Source: Geobacter metallireducens GS-15 (GTDB lineage: Bacteria; Desulfobacterota; Desulfuromonadia; Geobacterales; Geobacteraceae). Taken from it: a DNA stretch of 32,000 bases. The DNA lies in contig NC_007517.1 in the NCBI RefSeq assembly GCF_000012925.1, positions 600,001-632,000 on the forward strand, in the 5' to 3' direction. Below, in pieces: positions 30,815 to 32,000 of the stretch (position 1 is the first letter of the stretch; every line of letters starts with the position of its first letter). Under the pieces are notes generated by a model. That model was not told where the DNA came from, did no database searches, and saw nothing but the letters and a program-made list of their open reading frames with translations. Position numbers and translations under genes: made by a program.

Positions 30815-32000
30815 ATGACGGGTAACGATCTCATGCAACGCCTGGCTTCGCGGCGTGTTTCCCTGACGCTTATCCTGATGCTCCTCTGCATATGCGTCAT
30901 CGGCGCATTGGTCCCCCAGAAGTCGACCCTGGAGCCGGAGAGCTATGCCGCATGGGTCGCAGCCGGAGGGGTCCACGATCTCTGGCTGAAGCTCGGATTT
31001 ACCCGCATTTTTTCAACCTGGTATTTTCTCGCGGTCATGATCCTCTTCTTCGCCAGCACCCTCGCTGCGACGATAATACGCGCCCGGGGCCTGCTGAGAC
31101 GGGAGAAGCCGGAGCCGAGCGCCGCAGCCATGGTGGGGGAGCCCTTTTCGACAACGGTTTCCGGCGTACCGCTGGAAAAGTTGAAATTGCGGGTTTCGGG
31201 CTTTTCCTGGCACGAAGGGCTCTGTGCTGACGGCAGATACCTTGCCGGCACACGCTTCGGGATCGCACGGTGGTCCGTCGTGTCGCTCCACCTGTCGTTG
31301 CTGTTGCTCATCCTCGGCGTTCTCGCGAGCCACGCCACCTATTTTCGCGGCTATATGAAGCTGGGAGTGGGGCAGAGTGAACAACTCGACGAATCGGGCT
31401 TTTTCCAGCAGGACAGGGGGATGTTTGCCCCGGCTCTCCCGCAAGGGCTCAAGATCACGCTTCTTTCCTTCGATAACCGGTATCGGGAAGCGGGTTATCT
31501 CCCCGACATTGCGGCGGATTTTCTGCTGGAAGGCGCAGCCGGAGGCCCCCTCAGGACGAGGCTCCTCCGCTCCGGGATGGTATCCTATGGTGGGCTCGAC
31601 CTCTATCTCTCCGTCCGTCGTGGCTTCGGGGTCATCCTCCACACGGTGCGCCGGGACGGTGGGCGGGCATCGGGCTACGTTAATTTCAACTTTCCCGAGG
31701 GGGGGAAAACTCCCCGGGTCCAAGCCGAAATACCCGGTTCCAATGCGCAGGTTGACGTTGAGTTCCTCTCCCGCAACCGCAGGTACGACGACTTGGCCGG
31801 GATTGCAGCACCGGCAATCCGGATGAGATTCATGCGAAACGGAGGCGTCGTTGCCGAGCGCCTCCTTCGTCCCGGTGAGGGAACGGTAGTGGAAGGGATC
31901 AGCTATACGTTCGGGAAGATAGACTACTGGTGCGACATCGCCGCCACGCGTGATCCCGGCATTTATCTCATTTACGCCGGCTTTGCCGCCGCCGCCCTGA
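30815..32000 (+). CDS. ResB-like cytochrome c biogenesis protein (3'-truncated by window edge)
   Basis: It is not in the ORF track because no stop is reached. I translated the frame by hand from ATG 30815 (alternative ATG 30833), and it stays open to position 32000 (about 395 codons). The N-terminus LMQRLASRRVSLTLILMLLCICVIGALVPQK is ResB-type. Further TMs are present (FSTWYFLAVMILFFAST; WSVVSLHLSLLLLILGVLA). Confidence 0.75.
   Translation, partial: MTGNDLMQRLASRRVSLTLILMLLCICVIGALVPQKSTLEPESYAAWVAAGGVHDLWLKLGFTRIFSTWYFLAVMILFFASTLAATIIRARGLLRREKPEPSAAAMVGEPFSTTVSGVPLEKLKLRVSGFSWHEGLCADGRYLAGTRFGIARWSVVSLHLSLLLLILGVLASHATYFRGYMKLGVGQSEQLDESGFFQQDRGMFAPALPQGLKITLLSFDNRYREAGYLPDIAADFLLEGAAGGPLRTRLLRSGMVSYGGLDLYLSVRRGFGVILHTVRRDGGRASGYVNFNFPEGGKTPRVQAEIPGSNAQVDVEFLSRNRRYDDLAGIAAPAIRMRFMRNGGVVAERLLRPGEGTVVEGISYTFGKIDYWCDIAATRDPGIYLIYAGFAAAAL

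Overview
This 32-kb window looks like a Geobacter/Desulfuromonadales-type cytochrome island; the taxon is inferred from gene content and composition only. GC is high, about 60-67% on hand-counted 60-nt lines, except for a block of about 50% GC at roughly 19.3-22.6 kb. All ~23 genes I can support are on the + strand, and many have overlapping or abutting stop/start codons. I found no rRNA, tRNA, CRISPR array, transposase or integrase.

Main content:
- Four very large multihaem c-type cytochromes: one cut by the 5' window edge, the others about 1848, 1127 and 1284 aa. They combine canonical CXXCH sites with repeated CX4CH...W...CXXCH units.
- Three ResB-like genes and one CcsA gene (System II cytochrome c maturation).
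- Two secreted right-handed beta-helix (NosD/pectate-lyase-like) proteins.
- A central accessory block: an ArsP-type permease fusion, a cupin, a PqqD / radical SAM-SPASM / SPASM-only trio, a PhnD-like lipoprotein, a membrane-anchored TPR protein and a YedE/YeeE-type S/Se transporter.

Most interesting observations:
1. The peptide-maturase-like PqqD/rSAM/SPASM trio has no adjacent precursor gene. Together with the PhnD-like gene, it is bracketed exactly by two copies of a ~143-bp palindromic repeat.
2. The 1848-aa cytochrome looks like a fusion of modules that occur as two adjacent separate genes 9 kb downstream.
3. A cytochrome -> beta-helix -> ResB-like gene order recurs. Multiple maturation paralogues sit beside non-canonical haem motifs, which suggests dedicated haem lyases.
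4. A well-signalled 20-codon sORF has a KxYxxPxI leader-like motif. It lies behind a sigma-54-type promoter and ahead of a perfect 15-bp hairpin.
5. Sigma-54-type -24/-12 elements precede three transcription units.

Functions are inferred from motifs read by eye. No database search was run.
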